A stretch of DNA of 64,000 nt from Octopus vulgaris (lineage: Eukaryota): assembly GCA_951406725.2 (NCBI GenBank), contig OX597840.1:34844001-34908000 (forward strand), given 5' to 3'. Positions 61,900-64,000 of the stretch are shown here, piece by piece. The notes below the pieces were generated by a model, which was not told the DNA's origin, searched no databases, and was given only the letters and a program-made list of their open reading frames with translations. Within the stretch, counting starts at the first letter, position 1; each line of letters begins with the position of its first letter. Both the position numbers and the translations under genes were made by a program.

Positions 61900-62110
61900 G
61901 CGGCAGCTGTGGGCTGGGAGAGGCCTCGTGGCAGGCCCTGCCCCAGATGACTGGACATGATTAAGGGAAGATCTCCAGAGAGGTTCAACGTCACCTTGGG
62001 AGGTTGCAGAGGGGCTGGTATGGGAGTGCCGACAATGGAGAGAACTGGTGAACCTGGTCAGCTCTGCACATCATGACATCTCTGGGACCACTAACCTGAG
62101 ATGACCCCAG
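61900..62110 (+). mobile_element. Degenerate RTE-like LINE 3' fragment
   Basis: WERPRGRP..LDMIK..RQWRELV-like C-terminal remnant with stops and frameshifts. Confidence 0.45.
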
Positions 62111-63064
62111 CACCATCAACCAAGTGAATGAAGCAAGCTTCCCTGCAACTAAGCAGGCAGGAAGCAAGATATATATGTACAAACAAATATAATTCTAAAG
62201 CAGAGGATCATCATCATCATCAGCATTGTTTAACATCCGCTTTCCATGCTTGCATAGGTTGGATGATTCGACCAGGGTCTGGGAAGCCAGGAGGCTACAC
62301 CAGGCTCCAGTCTAATTTGGCAGTGTTTCTACAGCTGGATGCCCTTCCTAACGCCAACCACTCCATGAGTGTAGTGGGTGCATTTTAGGTGCCAATGGCA
62401 CAGGGGCCAGAGGAGGCTGGCAAACGGCCACGATCGGCTGGTGCTTTTACATGTCACTGATACAGACGCCAATCAGGCGGTGCTGGCATCGGCCACATTC
62501 GGACAGTGCCTTTAACATGTCACTGGCACGGGGATCTTAACTACAATTTCCATTTGATTTTTATTTTTATTTTGATGTTGGTGTTAACGTACTTGACTCA
62601 ATATCTCTCCTCAAGAACAGTAGGTCACTCTACGATCCAAGGTTACCACAGCAGGCCGTCCTATGAACCATGAACTCACTTCATTTGTCGGGTCTTCACA
62701 GTCACAGCATATCTCAGGGGTCTCGGTCTTTGTCATTTCCTCTGTGAAGCCCTACGTGTCACCGACACGGGTATCACAACTACAATATCCATACGATTTT
62801 TATTTTGATGTTGATGAACTTGACACAATGGGTCTCCTCAAGCACAGCAGGCCGTTTAATCTTTATCAATCTTTAAACGGATGTTTAATCTTTATCAATC
62901 CACATGAAAAAGTAAAGAACAAATTCTATTTTAAACACACCATTTGCAAAGGAACTTATTTCAAAACCAGGATCCTTTTACTCAATACAAGATAGAATAT
63001 TTTACAGGATTTTTCACAGTATTCCTGCAAGTCAGATAAGACATCTGGTATCCAGGATCTAGTT

Positions 63065-63345
63065 CAGGGGTTCCCAACCGTATTTTGCTTGTGGAACCCC
63101 AGAAAGCTATCATATCATCTGTGGACCCCATATATGTACGTGTAAATTTTTGAAATAAAATATTTGTTTGTAGGTTAGTAAAAACTAACAATGAAACAAT
63201 TTCGTTATATTCATAACAGAAATTCCAAATACAAATCTTGAAAATTTCAATAAATACAGGGTACCTCTCCTAGTAAACAAAATATATATATATGGACCCA
63301 CAAATTACAATTTTTTTACTCATGGACCCCAGTTGGGAAACCCTG
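63065..63345. mobile_element. hAT-type MITE with a perfect 8-bp TSD ATCTAGTT
   Basis: TIRs CAGGGGTTCCCAAC / GTTGGGAAACCCTG. TSD at 63057-63064 and 63346-63353. Confidence 0.9.
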
Positions 63346-64000
63346 ATCTAGTTTCTGTATAGAATGAGTTATGGGAGCTGAGAATTGTGGGAGTTGAAAT
63401 CACAGATCTCACTTGCAATGTTATTTTTCTTCTTTTTGGGGGATATTCCAAGATTTAAAAAAAGTCATACACAAAAAGAAAAAAACAGTAACAACCACAA
63501 CAGCAATGATAACAACAACAACAACGATACCAAATATTTTGGATCCAAGTTTAGCCGTTTTGGCTCAAAACCCTTCCTGCTTCTTTTATACAAAACTTTC
63601 GATATAAAGTGTTCTAAATTCTGTTGTGTCTGGGGAGAGTCATTTTCTTTTTGTGCCTTATTATTTAACACACTCACCGGTAAAATTTCCACTTATTTCT
63701 TATTTTTATTTTCCTAAAATTTTCGTTGCGTCTTGCAACCTTTTCAATAGTCTTGACTCTGTCCGTTATTTACACTGCGTTCCTTTTTGTTTGTTTGTGC
63801 GCATGTGTGTGGGTCAGTGTGTGTGTGTGTGTGCCTATACATGCATACATGTACGTATGTATGTGTGTATGTGTGTGTATGCATATGTATATATGTATGT
63901 ACGTGTGTATGTATGTATGCATGTGTGTGTATGTAAACATGTGTGTGTATGCATATGTATATATGTATGTGTGTGTGTGCATCTGTATGTATGTATCCTG

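Overview
AT-rich, repeat-dense eukaryotic DNA, most likely an octopus (inferred from the tRNA-derived SINE families and microsatellite load). Four spliced genes were assembled by hand from GT-AG junctions with consistent phases. (1) The 3' part of TBL3/UTP13 (+, 17 exons in the window, stop at 22811). (2) Complete LSM2 (-, 4 coding exons, 23847-32629, ATG-only first exon), tail-to-tail with TBL3. (3) Complete PSMB1 (+, 6 exons, 35962-44174), head-to-head with LSM2. (4) The 3' exons of an unrecognised gene (-, about 50.7-52.1 kb). An intact tRNA-Arg(CCT) lies in a TBL3 intron. The rest is SINEs, LINE fragments (CR1-group, RTE, R4-like, CRE-like), mariner, hAT and piggyBac remnants/MITEs, non-autonomous Helitrons, a solo LTR and GG-ended MITEs with 8-9 bp TSDs. 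Almost all ORFs in the supplied track are microsatellite or SINE artefacts. The most notable oddities are fold-back elements carrying TTAGGG repeats, head-less SINE concatemers sharing one junction at three loci, a tRNA-headed element with a hammerhead-like core, and nested palindromes and TEs around the LSM2/PSMB1 divergent promoters. No database searches were run, so the novelty of each item is unverified.
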